Assembly: GCA_019358915.1 (NCBI GenBank)
Contig: JAHHIM010000027.1
Location: 1 to 62,710, forward strand
From: Trichormus sp. ATA11-4-KO1
GTDB lineage: Bacteria > Cyanobacteriota > Cyanobacteriia > Cyanobacteriales > Nostocaceae
Reading direction: 5' to 3'
Length of the DNA: 62,710 bases
The notes beneath the pieces are model-generated. The model did no database searches. It worked only from the letters and a program-made list of their open reading frames with translations, and was not told where the DNA came from. Positions 44,118-54,368 of this stretch are shown here, piece after piece. How positions within the stretch are numbered: the first letter of the stretch is position 1; each line of letters opens with the position of its first letter. Position numbers and translations under genes: made by a program.

Positions 44118-44516
44118 TCAGATAGGGTCTTGGAAGACATAAGATTATGCAATGTCATCTTTCACTCTAGCACCGGAGGGGGACACAGCTCCCTTAGTAA
44201 TTCCTTAAAAAAGAGAGTAGGGAACTCGAGTCCCCCTCTGGGGATCAGGTCTTCGACGGTAAGCGCAGCCATGCCCGCAAGGGCTTTACGCCAGTCGCCT
44301 GGGTCGGGAAACCCTCCCGCCGCGCTGGACTCACCGCCTAAGCGGACTAAGGTCAAATCAAGGGTTTTAACCCGAGGTGGTCACTGAAGCTCATGAAGTG
44401 CGGGTTTGTCCTGTTTAGCCGTGATTTCTAGTGCAGGAGTGCAAGATATAACTGTCCGTTCGCTGATTTTGAGGTGGGAGAGGGAATGAATCAATTAAAA
44501 ATGAAATTCCTCGGAT

Positions 44517-44690
44517 TTATTGAGAAATTATCTCATAGGCGATCGCATCTGGCGTAGCTGAATGCACCCTTGTTGTTGTAGATTATACAATTGGGTCATT
44601 GCACATCTGGGCGTAAGCATCAAAATCTGTTGCACGCAATTCGCGTAAAATCAGACGTTGGGTGTCAAGTTGAGGAATTAGTACTGCAAA
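44517..44690 (-). pseudogene. RimJ/RimL-type GNAT acetyltransferase remnant
   Basis: Minus frame IPQLDTQRLILRELRATDFDAYAQMCNDPIV*, then only a short tail. Confidence 0.65.
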
Positions 44691-44695
44691 ATAAA

Positions 44696-45859
44696 TTAGT
44701 CTTTCAAGATTATGTGTTTTTTTGAGTCAAAACTAATTAAACCTTGTTCTTGTAATTTCCCCATCAATCGGGTGATTGTGACTCTGGTGGTACAGCAAGC
44801 ACTAGCGATATCTTCATGAGTAAAACGAACGCTTAAGCAAGTGCCTCCCGCTACAGGCTCACCAATTTCCTGCTTCAAAAGTTGCAATAAATGATGTAAT
44901 CGTTCTTCTACCCGCCGCTTGCCAGTGATAACTAAAAAAGCTTCAGTCTGCTGTAAACGCTGATTGATTTTTGGTAACAGAATATGACTCAGCATCGGGT
45001 TGACTGCTATTTCTGTCACATAAATTGACACTAACTCAACATCTGAAAGGGCTGTGGCTTGATAAGTTGGCAGAGAAGTCATGTTAGAGCCAAAAATCAT
45101 GTCTTTTGTGGCTAATCCTATCAACACTTCTTCACCAGTTTCACAAAAAGTACTTAGCTTGACTAAGCCTTGACAAACATACCAAATTACCAGGGGATTA
45201 AGAGGAATAGTATCTCCTTTAGAATATTTACACACAGGGCGATCCTGAGTGAGGTCGCTGTCGTGATGAATTAATTCTGATTTCTTTCTCTGACGTTCAT
45301 TGATATCACGTAGCAGCCAACGCAGAGAATTTACCCTACCCTGTTGATTACGAACTACTGCCACTGTGAAAGCTGCGTCAAAAAATTCGCCATGATTTTG
45401 TTGCAACCGCACTACTAACTCTCTAACTCTGTCCGACTGCAATAGCTGGTTAAGTTCACTACGGAAAATCTGTCGTTCTTCGAGGCGGACAAAATTAACT
45501 ATTGATTTGCCTACTATTAATTGTCTGGAAACGTTGAGCAATTTAGCTGCGGCAAGATTGGCTTCTTGGATGATCCCTTCTGCATTAGTCACTAAATAGC
45601 CGTCTGGTGCAAACTCGAATAAATCTTGGTAGTGTTGGCGTTGGGCTTCTAGTAAATTTCGAGTTTGTATAAGTTCTTCATTTTGCTGATAAAGTTCCTC
45701 TGCTGCTAATTGCACCATTTTTGAGGTGTTGTAGAGTTCCTTAAACGCTTGCGGTAGGAGTTCGGGCGGAATCCAAGGCAAGACGCTAGCTGTTTGGTAC
45801 AAATCTGCTAAACGGCTATGTAATGCTTCTGCTCTTTGGATAAATTGTTCTATATTCAC
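44696..45859 (-). CDS. PAS-domain + Crp/Fnr-type transcriptional regulator
   Basis: YQDLFEFAPDGY..PAS..LRDI; C-terminal THEDIASACCTTRVTITR HTH. Confidence 0.88.
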   Translation of the reverse strand: MNIEQFIQRAEALHSRLADLYQTASVLPWIPPELLPQAFKELYNTSKMVQLAAEELYQQNEELIQTRNLLEAQRQHYQDLFEFAPDGYLVTNAEGIIQEANLAAAKLLNVSRQLIVGKSIVNFVRLEERQIFRSELNQLLQSDRVRELVVRLQQNHGEFFDAAFTVAVVRNQQGRVNSLRWLLRDINERQRKKSELIHHDSDLTQDRPVCKYSKGDTIPLNPLVIWYVCQGLVKLSTFCETGEEVLIGLATKDMIFGSNMTSLPTYQATALSDVELVSIYVTEIAVNPMLSHILLPKINQRLQQTEAFLVITGKRRVEERLHHLLQLLKQEIGEPVAGGTCLSVRFTHEDIASACCTTRVTITRLMGKLQEQGLISFDSKKHIILKD

Positions 45860-46200
45860 CTTAAATTCCCACTACTTGCTTGCAGAGGTTAAGCAAAAAT
45901 ATCACTAGGTCAATCATGGGTGGAATTGCTTCACTCTTATGACTGACATGTGATGAAACCTTGAATAAACTGCAATTCCTGCCCGAATGAATATGGACAT
46001 ATATTCTAGTGTTCTATTAATTTCTGAACCTACCACAAAATAGGTATATTAGTACTTTGGTAACTAAAATGTTGCAATTCAACCTAAATGTGCGATTGTC
46101 TTTAGGTGTAATCTGGAGAATTGCATAATGTTAATGGATGAGATTTATTTACATATAATTATCTTTTGCAAAGTTTAATTTTTCTTATTAATACTTCCTT

Positions 46201-46662
46201 CTATCTTTGGTGGGAAAATTCTGAAGACTTAGCTAAATATGAACGTAAAAGTCGCCGACCTAAAAGGTTGCCAATTTCTGACCAAACCCATGAACCAAGC
46301 AAACTTGTGGTCAGCAAAGATATTAAATAAGCAGGTAGAGTCGGTAAACCAAAAATTTCTAGCATAGAGGCAAAAGTGATACCAACACCAATAATATTCC
46401 CGACAAAAGGAATTAAAAGTTGTAACTTTCCCCATCTAGGTAGAGTAGCAGGTGAATGATTTTGCTCCCAATCTTGCACTCGTTGTCGCAGTGTTATCGC
46501 AAACGGCAATCCACAGAGAAAACTAATTAATAAGCCAATTAAAAGTAAAAAATATGGTGGTTGTGGAAATCTAAATAATACGAAGTCTTGGAATTGCTGT
46601 AAATATGTAGACCAGTCCATGGTAAATGCACCTCCGGTTTTCAATGCTTCTACTGCCAGCAT
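46201..46662 (-). CDS. Hypothetical membrane protein (start may be 46623)
   Basis: FPQPPYFLL and three hydrophobic segments. Confidence 0.7.
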   Translation of the reverse strand: MLAVEALKTGGAFTMDWSTYLQQFQDFVLFRFPQPPYFLLLIGLLISFLCGLPFAITLRQRVQDWEQNHSPATLPRWGKLQLLIPFVGNIIGVGITFASMLEIFGLPTLPAYLISLLTTSLLGSWVWSEIGNLLGRRLLRSYLAKSSEFSHQR

Positions 46663-47336
46663 CCTTTATATGTCAGTTAACAAGTTGCGATCGCCTCGAT
46701 TTTTTACCCTCGAATCGAGACGAAATCATCAGCAATCTTGAAGTTATGGGGATTAATCTCCAACCAGACCAGAGTTTCACTCAATTGGTCAGTATCTTGC
46801 TTTATAGAAAGGTATTTTTACGAATTTAACTTTTACTTTCTTTGCCTAAATTACTTTATCAACTCTACAGTAATTTAATATTTGTGATTATTGTTACTAT
46901 CATTTATTACAATAACTGCTATTTTTTCCTAAAACTTCCATCGCAGGAATCAGAGCACTACTAACCCAGGTATGGGGTTAATTTTAAGTTATTTTGTGTT
47001 GTTGAATACATGAAAATTATTGTTAAGTAATATTTGTTGCTAGTAAATATTTACAAAATGTATAGATAATTACGCAATGATTTAACAAGTATTAGCAACT
47101 TTAGTTAGAGGAAAAGTTCAGAATTAATTTGCTGTATTTGAAAGTAAGCATAACAGCTTATCAACGCGCGAGGTCGCAGGAGTGATAGCTGCGGTGTCAA
47201 TATATCGCTGTTAATCACTCCTCTTTTTTAATTTCTTTAAACTAATTACATCTAAAACGCAGGAGACAGGTGAAGAATTAGTCTCAAAGCCAGGTTTTAA
47301 ACCGGACTTCTCACTTAGCACTTTTCATACTGCTGA

Positions 47337-48554
47337 CTATTCCTGACCATCCAGTCCCAGACAAACTTGTTCATAACGTTTTCCCGCGATATCCCAAGTG
47401 AACTCTGTTTCTACCAGTTGTCTGGCGTTGTCAGACAATTCTGAACGCAGTTGTGGCTGATCAAATAGTTGACTGATGGCGGCGACGTAATCGGCGGGTT
47501 CATTAGCGCGTAACGCTCGTAGTGGCGTATCTACAGCTAGTCCTTCTAAACCGCGATCGCTAGCCACCACTGGCACACCGGCTGCCATTGCTTCTAAAGT
47601 TTTATTTTTAATGCCAAATCCTGTCCGCATCGGCACAACGCAGACTGTTGATTGGTGTAAGTAATTTACCATTGAAGGCACTCGCCCAGTCACATTAACT
47701 CCTGGTTGTTTGAGTGCTAAAACTTCCGGTGCTGGACGAGAACCGACAATATCAAAAGTTGTCTGGGGATAATATTTTTGAATTTCTGGTAAAATTTGAT
47801 TGGTGAAAAAACAAACAGCATCAATGTTTGCTAAATTATCCATTGCACCAATAAACACTAATTTATGTCCACCTGGATCAATGGTACGGTGGGGAAATGT
47901 CACTAAATCAACTCCATTAGGAATAACTGTAATTTCCCTGTGAGGATGAAATTTTTGGAGTTGATTTTTATCTTCTTCTGTAGTTACCACCATTGCCGAA
48001 AATTTCGCGCCATATCTTTGCTCATAACGACGTAAAAGCGGCAGATTAATTTGATCTCTTAGCCTATGTTCGGAAACGCCTGATGCTAGCTGATTAAGAC
48101 AACTGCCATAGACAGAACTATGAATATTAACTATGGTTCTTAAAGATTTCTGAAAATGCGATCGCACATAAATTTCATTGACACTATGTTCGCAGGTAAT
48201 CACATCACATTTTCGCTCCTGCACATAATTGTCAATCCATGCTTGCATCTCAATTGAGTAGCGGTTAAGTACGCTTGGTGGTGTTCCCTGTTGCCAAAAC
48301 TCACTCAAGCGCTGTATTTTCCTCCAGATTCCCGATGTTGTTCCTGAATCTGGGGGACGTTGAAACATAACTAGATGATCTACGCAGTCCTGCAATCCGG
48401 CTATTTCTACTTCCGTAATATCGCGATCGCGTTGAGTTACGAGAGTGATGGCGTGACGTTGACTTAAATATTTCAGTAAATTAAACGTTCTCACTTGAGT
48501 TCCCCCCCGCGTTGGCGGGTAAGGAAAGGTAGAAGACAGCATTAAGATACGCAT
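47337..48554 (-). CDS. Glycosyltransferase family 4
   Basis: FPYPP..GG, IPNGVD, G.G.KNKTLEAMA.G.PVV. Confidence 0.92.
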   Translation of the reverse strand: MRILMLSSTFPYPPTRGGTQVRTFNLLKYLSQRHAITLVTQRDRDITEVEIAGLQDCVDHLVMFQRPPDSGTTSGIWRKIQRLSEFWQQGTPPSVLNRYSIEMQAWIDNYVQERKCDVITCEHSVNEIYVRSHFQKSLRTIVNIHSSVYGSCLNQLASGVSEHRLRDQINLPLLRRYEQRYGAKFSAMVVTTEEDKNQLQKFHPHREITVIPNGVDLVTFPHRTIDPGGHKLVFIGAMDNLANIDAVCFFTNQILPEIQKYYPQTTFDIVGSRPAPEVLALKQPGVNVTGRVPSMVNYLHQSTVCVVPMRTGFGIKNKTLEAMAAGVPVVASDRGLEGLAVDTPLRALRANEPADYVAAISQLFDQPQLRSELSDNARQLVETEFTWDIAGKRYEQVCLGLDGQE

Positions 48555-48832
48555 ATAACCAATTAACCGGAAATCAGATTAAATCAAAATATGACACATA
48601 TACCATGCCCTGATTCCCGGCTGGATGTCATCATAAATATCTCTTATCTATTTTTTGTAAATTTTTAATAATTAAAGCAAATTTAAAGCTGATGCCAAGC
48701 TAACTGCATAATTACTGACTAAGTTGATGAATTTTCGATATTTTCACCGACAAACTGTTGTTTTTACTGAGGATTATACGGCAAAATATGAATGTTATAA
48801 GTGATTTTGTCAGTTAATTAGGATTTAGCAAG

Positions 48833-49861
48833 ATGAAACCCTTCGGTATATATACCCTTGCCAATGATGCTGTATATGACCAGTTAGTTGCTTTGCTAAA
48901 CAGCATTGAAGTTAACGTTAGCCAAGACATTCCTATCTGTGTTATTCCTTATAATGACCAATTAGAGAAGGTGAAGCGGGAAATCAAATCTAGAAAAAAT
49001 GTCACCCTTTTTGAAAACTGGGAATCCCTGCAACGGTGGGATATTTTTGCCAATGAAGTCTGGGCTGTGCATCCCGCAGCCAAGCAGAAAAATTTATCCC
49101 GTAATGCTTGGTATCGTAGCCCCTTATTGAGGAAACTATCTGCGTTTGATGGTGAATTTGAAAAGTTTGTCTTTTATGATGGTGACAGCTTAGCCATGAA
49201 GCCACTTGATCAGGTATTAGAAAAGCTAGATAATTACGACTTTATATTTGATGATTGGGAACATAAAAAATCAAGAGACAATGCAGCTTTAGATATATCG
49301 ATTATTGAAAATACGGGTTTGTATAAAGAAGAAGATATCCGCACTAAATTGCATTGCTCTAGTTTTTTTGCTTCTAAGAAAGGTATTTTTTCGCCTTCAG
49401 AAATCGAACCCATAAAGCAGCTATTAATTGAGAATGATGAAATCCAATGGATACCTAAATGGTGGGATGATGCCTTTTTGTTTAATTACATGACTTTGCG
49501 GTGCGATCGCTCGCTATTTAACTTTACACTCAGCCCTAATGGTCAAGATAGAACCGGCAATTGTGCCAATGCTGATCCATTTGTAAATATTAATAATGTT
49601 CTTTACAACAAAGAAGGTTTAAAACCAATCCATCGTCTGCATTACATGGGCTATTCTGCTAGCGATTTTGCTCGGTTATCTCAAGGAGAAGATGTCAATA
49701 TTCCTTATAAAAATGAATTTTTGTACTATCGATTTTTGAAAAATCTAGAGCAGAAACCTAAATATTTGAATCCACCAAGCCGATTGACTAGAACGAGTCG
49801 CAATTTGCAAAAAGCCATTCACAAAGTTAAAAAAATCCTGACTTTAGCGGTAGTGAACTAA
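48833..49861 (+). CDS. Npun_R2821/R2822-like putative sugar transferase
   Basis: GIYTLAND..DQLVALLNSI, YDGD, RLHYMG. Confidence 0.7.
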   Translation: MKPFGIYTLANDAVYDQLVALLNSIEVNVSQDIPICVIPYNDQLEKVKREIKSRKNVTLFENWESLQRWDIFANEVWAVHPAAKQKNLSRNAWYRSPLLRKLSAFDGEFEKFVFYDGDSLAMKPLDQVLEKLDNYDFIFDDWEHKKSRDNAALDISIIENTGLYKEEDIRTKLHCSSFFASKKGIFSPSEIEPIKQLLIENDEIQWIPKWWDDAFLFNYMTLRCDRSLFNFTLSPNGQDRTGNCANADPFVNINNVLYNKEGLKPIHRLHYMGYSASDFARLSQGEDVNIPYKNEFLYYRFLKNLEQKPKYLNPPSRLTRTSRNLQKAIHKVKKILTLAVVN

Positions 49862-49892
49862 ATCATATTCTGGAAATTACGGTCACAACTCA

Positions 49893-50813
49893 ATGAAGCT
49901 GTATTATTTTCGCTTTCCCCACGGAATTAGCAATTTTGGCGATAATCTTAATCCTTGGATATGGGAACGATTGTTACCTGGGATGTTTGACCAAGATCAA
50001 ACAATTACATTTGTTGGTATAGGCTCATTACTCAATGAATATATTCCCAAAGCCCAGAAAACGGTGGTATTTGGATCTGGCGTTGGCTATGGCAAGGGCT
50101 TACCTAAAATTGATGAATCTTGGAAAATTTACTGTGTGAGAGGGAAACTCTCAGCCAAAGCATTGGGAGTTGCATCTGAATTAGCGGTAACAGATAGCGC
50201 TGTACTGATCAGGCGGTTGTATCAACATAATAGTAGCAAAGTCAGTCAATTCGCTTTTATGCCTCACATTGACCATGCCATCATTGGGGATACCACTTGG
50301 AAATTCATCTGTGAGCAAGCAAGAATTGCATATATCGACCCCCGGTGGCCAATTGAGCAAGTTTTATCTGCTATTAGCCAAACAGAAGTATTACTGGCTG
50401 AAGCAATGCATGGTGCTATCATTGCCGATGCGCTTCGGGTACCTTGGATTCCTGTCCTGACTAGTTCTAAAATTTTGCCATTCAAATGGCATGACTGGTG
50501 TTCATCAATTGATGTAGAATACCAACCTAATTACGTTATGCCTAGCAAACAGCTATATCCACCTGGTTCAAGATTTCGCTTAGCTTTGAGTTACTCAATC
50601 AACTCTTTTAAGCAGGCTCCCCAAAGATTCCTCAAAGCATTTTGGGAAGATGATGTAAAGAAAATGGCAATCCAACTAGCTGATATTGTCAAGACTTCAA
50701 AGCCTATTTTGAGTAATGAGTCTCGGATTGAGCAACTAACTGTGAAATTGGAAGAAAGGTTGGAGCAATTTAAAAAAGATGTGGCATCTGGGTACTTCTA
50801 TCATTCGGACTAG
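49893..50813 (+). CDS. Polysaccharide pyruvyl transferase (ExoV-like)
   Basis: NFGDNLN, GIGS, CVRG, AMHGAIIADALRVPW, FKWHDW. Confidence 0.88.
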   Translation: MKLYYFRFPHGISNFGDNLNPWIWERLLPGMFDQDQTITFVGIGSLLNEYIPKAQKTVVFGSGVGYGKGLPKIDESWKIYCVRGKLSAKALGVASELAVTDSAVLIRRLYQHNSSKVSQFAFMPHIDHAIIGDTTWKFICEQARIAYIDPRWPIEQVLSAISQTEVLLAEAMHGAIIADALRVPWIPVLTSSKILPFKWHDWCSSIDVEYQPNYVMPSKQLYPPGSRFRLALSYSINSFKQAPQRFLKAFWEDDVKKMAIQLADIVKTSKPILSNESRIEQLTVKLEERLEQFKKDVASGYFYHSD

Positions 50814-50837
50814 ATATTTCGTGATTATAGTTTTTTA

Positions 50838-51797
50838 ATGGTCAAGATTGTGGCTAAAATTAGTGTTTGTATTCCCACATTTAATCGGCAAAATCTCCTA
50901 CCTTCCGCGATTCAAAGCGTACTTCAGCAATCTTATCAAGATTTTGAATTAATTATTTGTGATGATGGATCAACTGATGGCACACCTGAATTGATGTCAC
51001 AGTACACAGATGACCGAATTAAATATATCCGTCATCCGCAAAATATTGGTAAAAGCAATAATATGCGCTCTGGTTTTGATGCTGCTAGTGGTGAATATTT
51101 TATTAAATTTGACGATGATGATAGACTAACAACTAATTTTTTAACCCAGACTGCGGCAATACTTGATCAAGATTCTCGTATTGATTTTGTTGGTACAGAC
51201 CATTGGATAATTGATATTAATAATATCCGGGATGAGGAAAGAACTCAGGAAAACTCTCGTCGCTGGGGTCGGACTAATTTAAAACCAGGTATAGTAGATA
51301 ATTTATTAGAGGTAGTTTTTATTAATCAAAGTTTTCAAATTGGGGCAACTCTATTTCGCCGTCAAACCTTGCAAGAATTGGGCTTTATGCTACCCAATAT
51401 CCAAAATTGTGAAGATAATGATTTATTTGTCCGGCTGGCTTTGGCTGATAAGAAAGGTTATTATTTACCGGAATTATTAATGGAATATCGATACCATGCA
51501 GAACAGCAAGGTATGAATAGAGAAATTCCTTATTTGTTTGATAAAATTCAATATTTAGAAAATTATAAGTTTGAATCGGAGAAGTTAGAGAAAGTTAGAC
51601 AAAATCGGTTAGCTGAAGCGCAACTGTTATTAGGGTTGCGTTTAATTGAAAAAGGTGAAACCCAAAAAGGTAGAGAATTAGTTTCGGCGGGTAGGTCTTT
51701 CTCTACTACTAAGGCTTTGACTGGTTTGGGTTTGTCGTTGTTACCAGTTGGGTTAAGAAGTTGGGTTTTTAATGCGTTGCGGCAAATCAGGGGGTAA
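50838..51797 (+). CDS. Glycosyltransferase family 2
   Basis: SVCIPTFNR, DDGSTD, FDDDD, CEDND. Confidence 0.93.
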   Translation: MVKIVAKISVCIPTFNRQNLLPSAIQSVLQQSYQDFELIICDDGSTDGTPELMSQYTDDRIKYIRHPQNIGKSNNMRSGFDAASGEYFIKFDDDDRLTTNFLTQTAAILDQDSRIDFVGTDHWIIDINNIRDEERTQENSRRWGRTNLKPGIVDNLLEVVFINQSFQIGATLFRRQTLQELGFMLPNIQNCEDNDLFVRLALADKKGYYLPELLMEYRYHAEQQGMNREIPYLFDKIQYLENYKFESEKLEKVRQNRLAEAQLLLGLRLIEKGETQKGRELVSAGRSFSTTKALTGLGLSLLPVGLRSWVFNALRQIRG

Positions 51798-51898
51798 TGT
51801 TTCGCGCAAAGGCGCAAAGGCGCGAGTAGTTATTAACATTGTACCAAGAGCTAAGGCAATTGATACTGCTGCGATCGCTAGCAAGTTAATTCAGTAAA

Positions 51899-52630
51899 TT
51901 AATCCTCTTCGTAAAGACTTTCTATGAGATGAATCATTTTTTTTTCACTTATACCTTTCTGAATCTGTTTACCATGTGAGACTTTAACTCTTTCTATCAC
52001 ATCATTTAATGATTTAAACGGCTCTTTATTACGTTCATTTACTACTGCTGATGCTACTTGACTAGCTTTTTTTGAATTAAAGCCAGCTTTAATTAGTTTC
52101 TTAGCAATTTTATCTACATCCAATTTCGTAAACACCTCTAAAGGTTCAACTTTATTAGCTAGTTTTTTGTTAAGCTCCTTATTTTGAGTCTCTAAATAAA
52201 CCTTAGCAGTAGCTTCTTCTAATAATTCCCTAGAAAGTTTTTCAATACGTAATTCTAATTTATTTAAGAAATTTTCAAAATCTTTTGTAGTGAAGTTTAC
52301 CTCTTTTGAACTATCATCTTTTTGTTTTCTAAATATATGAATTTGCTGCGTTAAGTTATCCTCATTTTCAGGCTCAATAATAAATACTCCAATCATTTCG
52401 CCTTTACGAGGATCTATTTCTCTTGCTCTAGCAGCAGCATAGTACTCAAAGTCTCCATCTGCTACCTCGTAGGATTGTAGACTTGTTCTACGAACGACTA
52501 TAGGGTTAATAACTCCCTCAGATTCTAAAATTAACTTAGCAGCCTGTTCTAATTCATCTTCTGCAAAAAGTGAACGAGGTTTGTTGGATATAATTTTTTT
52601 TATAGCAACAAGGGATGTAGACAATTTCAT
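51899..52630 (-). CDS. ParB/Srx-like N-terminal domain + coiled coil + HhH-like C-terminus
   Basis: INPIVVRR..YEVADGDFEYYAA; C-terminal FKSLNDVIERVK..GISEKKM. Confidence 0.75.
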   Translation of the reverse strand: MKLSTSLVAIKKIISNKPRSLFAEDELEQAAKLILESEGVINPIVVRRTSLQSYEVADGDFEYYAAARAREIDPRKGEMIGVFIIEPENEDNLTQQIHIFRKQKDDSSKEVNFTTKDFENFLNKLELRIEKLSRELLEEATAKVYLETQNKELNKKLANKVEPLEVFTKLDVDKIAKKLIKAGFNSKKASQVASAVVNERNKEPFKSLNDVIERVKVSHGKQIQKGISEKKMIHLIESLYEED

Positions 52631-53994
52631 TATATTAATCCTGTTTTTCGTAAAACTTCCATTGCTAATAATTCAAATTCTTGTGCGGCAGTAGAGTCTG
52701 GTTTAAAATCAAGTACAGAAACAGGATCAGCTACTTCCATCTCTCCAATCATTATAAATCTTTCGGCACATTTTGCTAAATCGTCTCTTTCATAAATCAC
52801 TGTATCCATAACGTTAATATCATAACGTTGGGCAATTTTTTCTATTCTATTTTTTAGAGTTGATTGTACAAATTTGGCATTTGTAGATATTTTACAAGCC
52901 AGGACACCCACTATTTCAATAGGTGGTTTCTTAATTTGTTTTCTGAACCCATTAACAGTTTTGACAAACTCCTTGACATTCGTTAATCCCTGATTAGCAA
53001 AGGGTTTTAAATCAGAAGGAATAATCAGATAGTCTGCTGCTATTAATGCAATTCTTGCATAAAGGTTTAAAGAAGGTGGAGTATCGATAAGTACGACATC
53101 ATATTTATCATTAACCTCTTCTAATTTATCAATTAGTATTAGCCTACTATAATCAAGAGCATTCAAATCAGGTTCATTTTTCATTAAATCAATATGTGCA
53201 GGCACAACATGAATTTCTGGATCGCTAAAATTCGATTTTCTAGCTACCTCAGAGATAGGATAAAAGTCCTCTGATTGTAATATATGAAAAATATTAGAGT
53301 CTTTTATATCATCAAATTCTTCATCGTCAAATTTAACTAAACCTGTAGCAAATGTGCTATTAGCTTGACTATCTAAGTCAATTACTAAAACTCTTTTACC
53401 CTTTTTTCTGATGGCAGCAGCTAGATTAACTACAGTTGTTGTTTTACCAACGCCGCCTTTATTATGGTAGACTGCAATTGTTTTCATTACTTTTTGCCTA
53501 TTAGGTTGAATATTTGCATTATTTTCAGATATTTTAATTTCTGACTGATTAATATTTTGCTTTTCTGTCAGACTATCTTTACCAATAAATCCTTTTATTG
53601 CTTCTATCTGTGTTTCAACATCTTTTCCATAGCATTCAAATATTAGTTTAATATCATTTTGTTTTTTTTCATAAATTCTGATTTCCTTGCCATTAGTTAG
53701 CAACCCATATCGCGCATTCAAGCTAGTTAAATAATGCCTAAGTCTGAGGACATGATTATTTAAATTTTGTTTAGGATGCTTTGCTTCCATCACCACACTC
53801 AATGGCGAATTCGCATCTAAAACCAAAGGAATCACTTGTGCGGCAAATGCTAAAAAATCTAAACGGATGCTACCCAGTGCAACCTCTTGATGCCAGGTTT
53901 CCGGAGTATAACCTAGCTGTGGTAGTAAATATTGCACTATGAGTTTGCTTTCTACTTCGCTTTCATTACGGCAAAGCTCAGGATTAAAAGGCAA
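52630..53994 (-). CDS. HsdR_N-like PD-(D/E)xK nuclease domain fused to ParA/Soj ATPase
   Basis: ESEVE..LGY..RLDF..VMEAK..LLTNG, then NKGGVGKTT, IDLDSQAN, IDTPPS. Confidence 0.85.
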   Translation of the reverse strand: MPFNPELCRNESEVESKLIVQYLLPQLGYTPETWHQEVALGSIRLDFLAFAAQVIPLVLDANSPLSVVMEAKHPKQNLNNHVLRLRHYLTSLNARYGLLTNGKEIRIYEKKQNDIKLIFECYGKDVETQIEAIKGFIGKDSLTEKQNINQSEIKISENNANIQPNRQKVMKTIAVYHNKGGVGKTTTVVNLAAAIRKKGKRVLVIDLDSQANSTFATGLVKFDDEEFDDIKDSNIFHILQSEDFYPISEVARKSNFSDPEIHVVPAHIDLMKNEPDLNALDYSRLILIDKLEEVNDKYDVVLIDTPPSLNLYARIALIAADYLIIPSDLKPFANQGLTNVKEFVKTVNGFRKQIKKPPIEIVGVLACKISTNAKFVQSTLKNRIEKIAQRYDINVMDTVIYERDDLAKCAERFIMIGEMEVADPVSVLDFKPDSTAAQEFELLAMEVLRKTGLI

Positions 53995-54368
53995 GTTATT
54001 TACCTCTAAACAGGGAATTGATTTGAGTAAGGAATGCTTAGATGTGTTTAATTATGCCATAGCCTCAATTATTTCAGCCATAATAGTCGCCTTAATTTTA
54101 TGTATAAATATGAAACAATGTAACGTAATATTGCTGAAAAATGAGTTTATTTAAAAACTCTACTAAACCTTTTCCCAGTATTTCTTGAGAAACAAATTCT
54201 ACTGCCAGAATTACACAACTCCAGCCTAGTTGCTATATACTCTATCGAGGCAATATTGCTAATACAACTTTTAAGGTTCCGGAAAAGATTAAATTTAACA
54301 GAAGTTTCAATTGTTCAGCACGGGTGTACGCTACCTAAGTGGGAAAGCGTCATCAGAGGAATCAACCA

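Noticed and set aside
46830..47330. Possible ncRNA in a long intergenic region
   Set aside because: Mostly AT-rich, with no recognisable RNA family or convincing structure by eye.
52630..53994. Type I restriction-modification system
   Set aside because: Only the HsdR N-terminal-like domain is present; no helicase, HsdM or HsdS.
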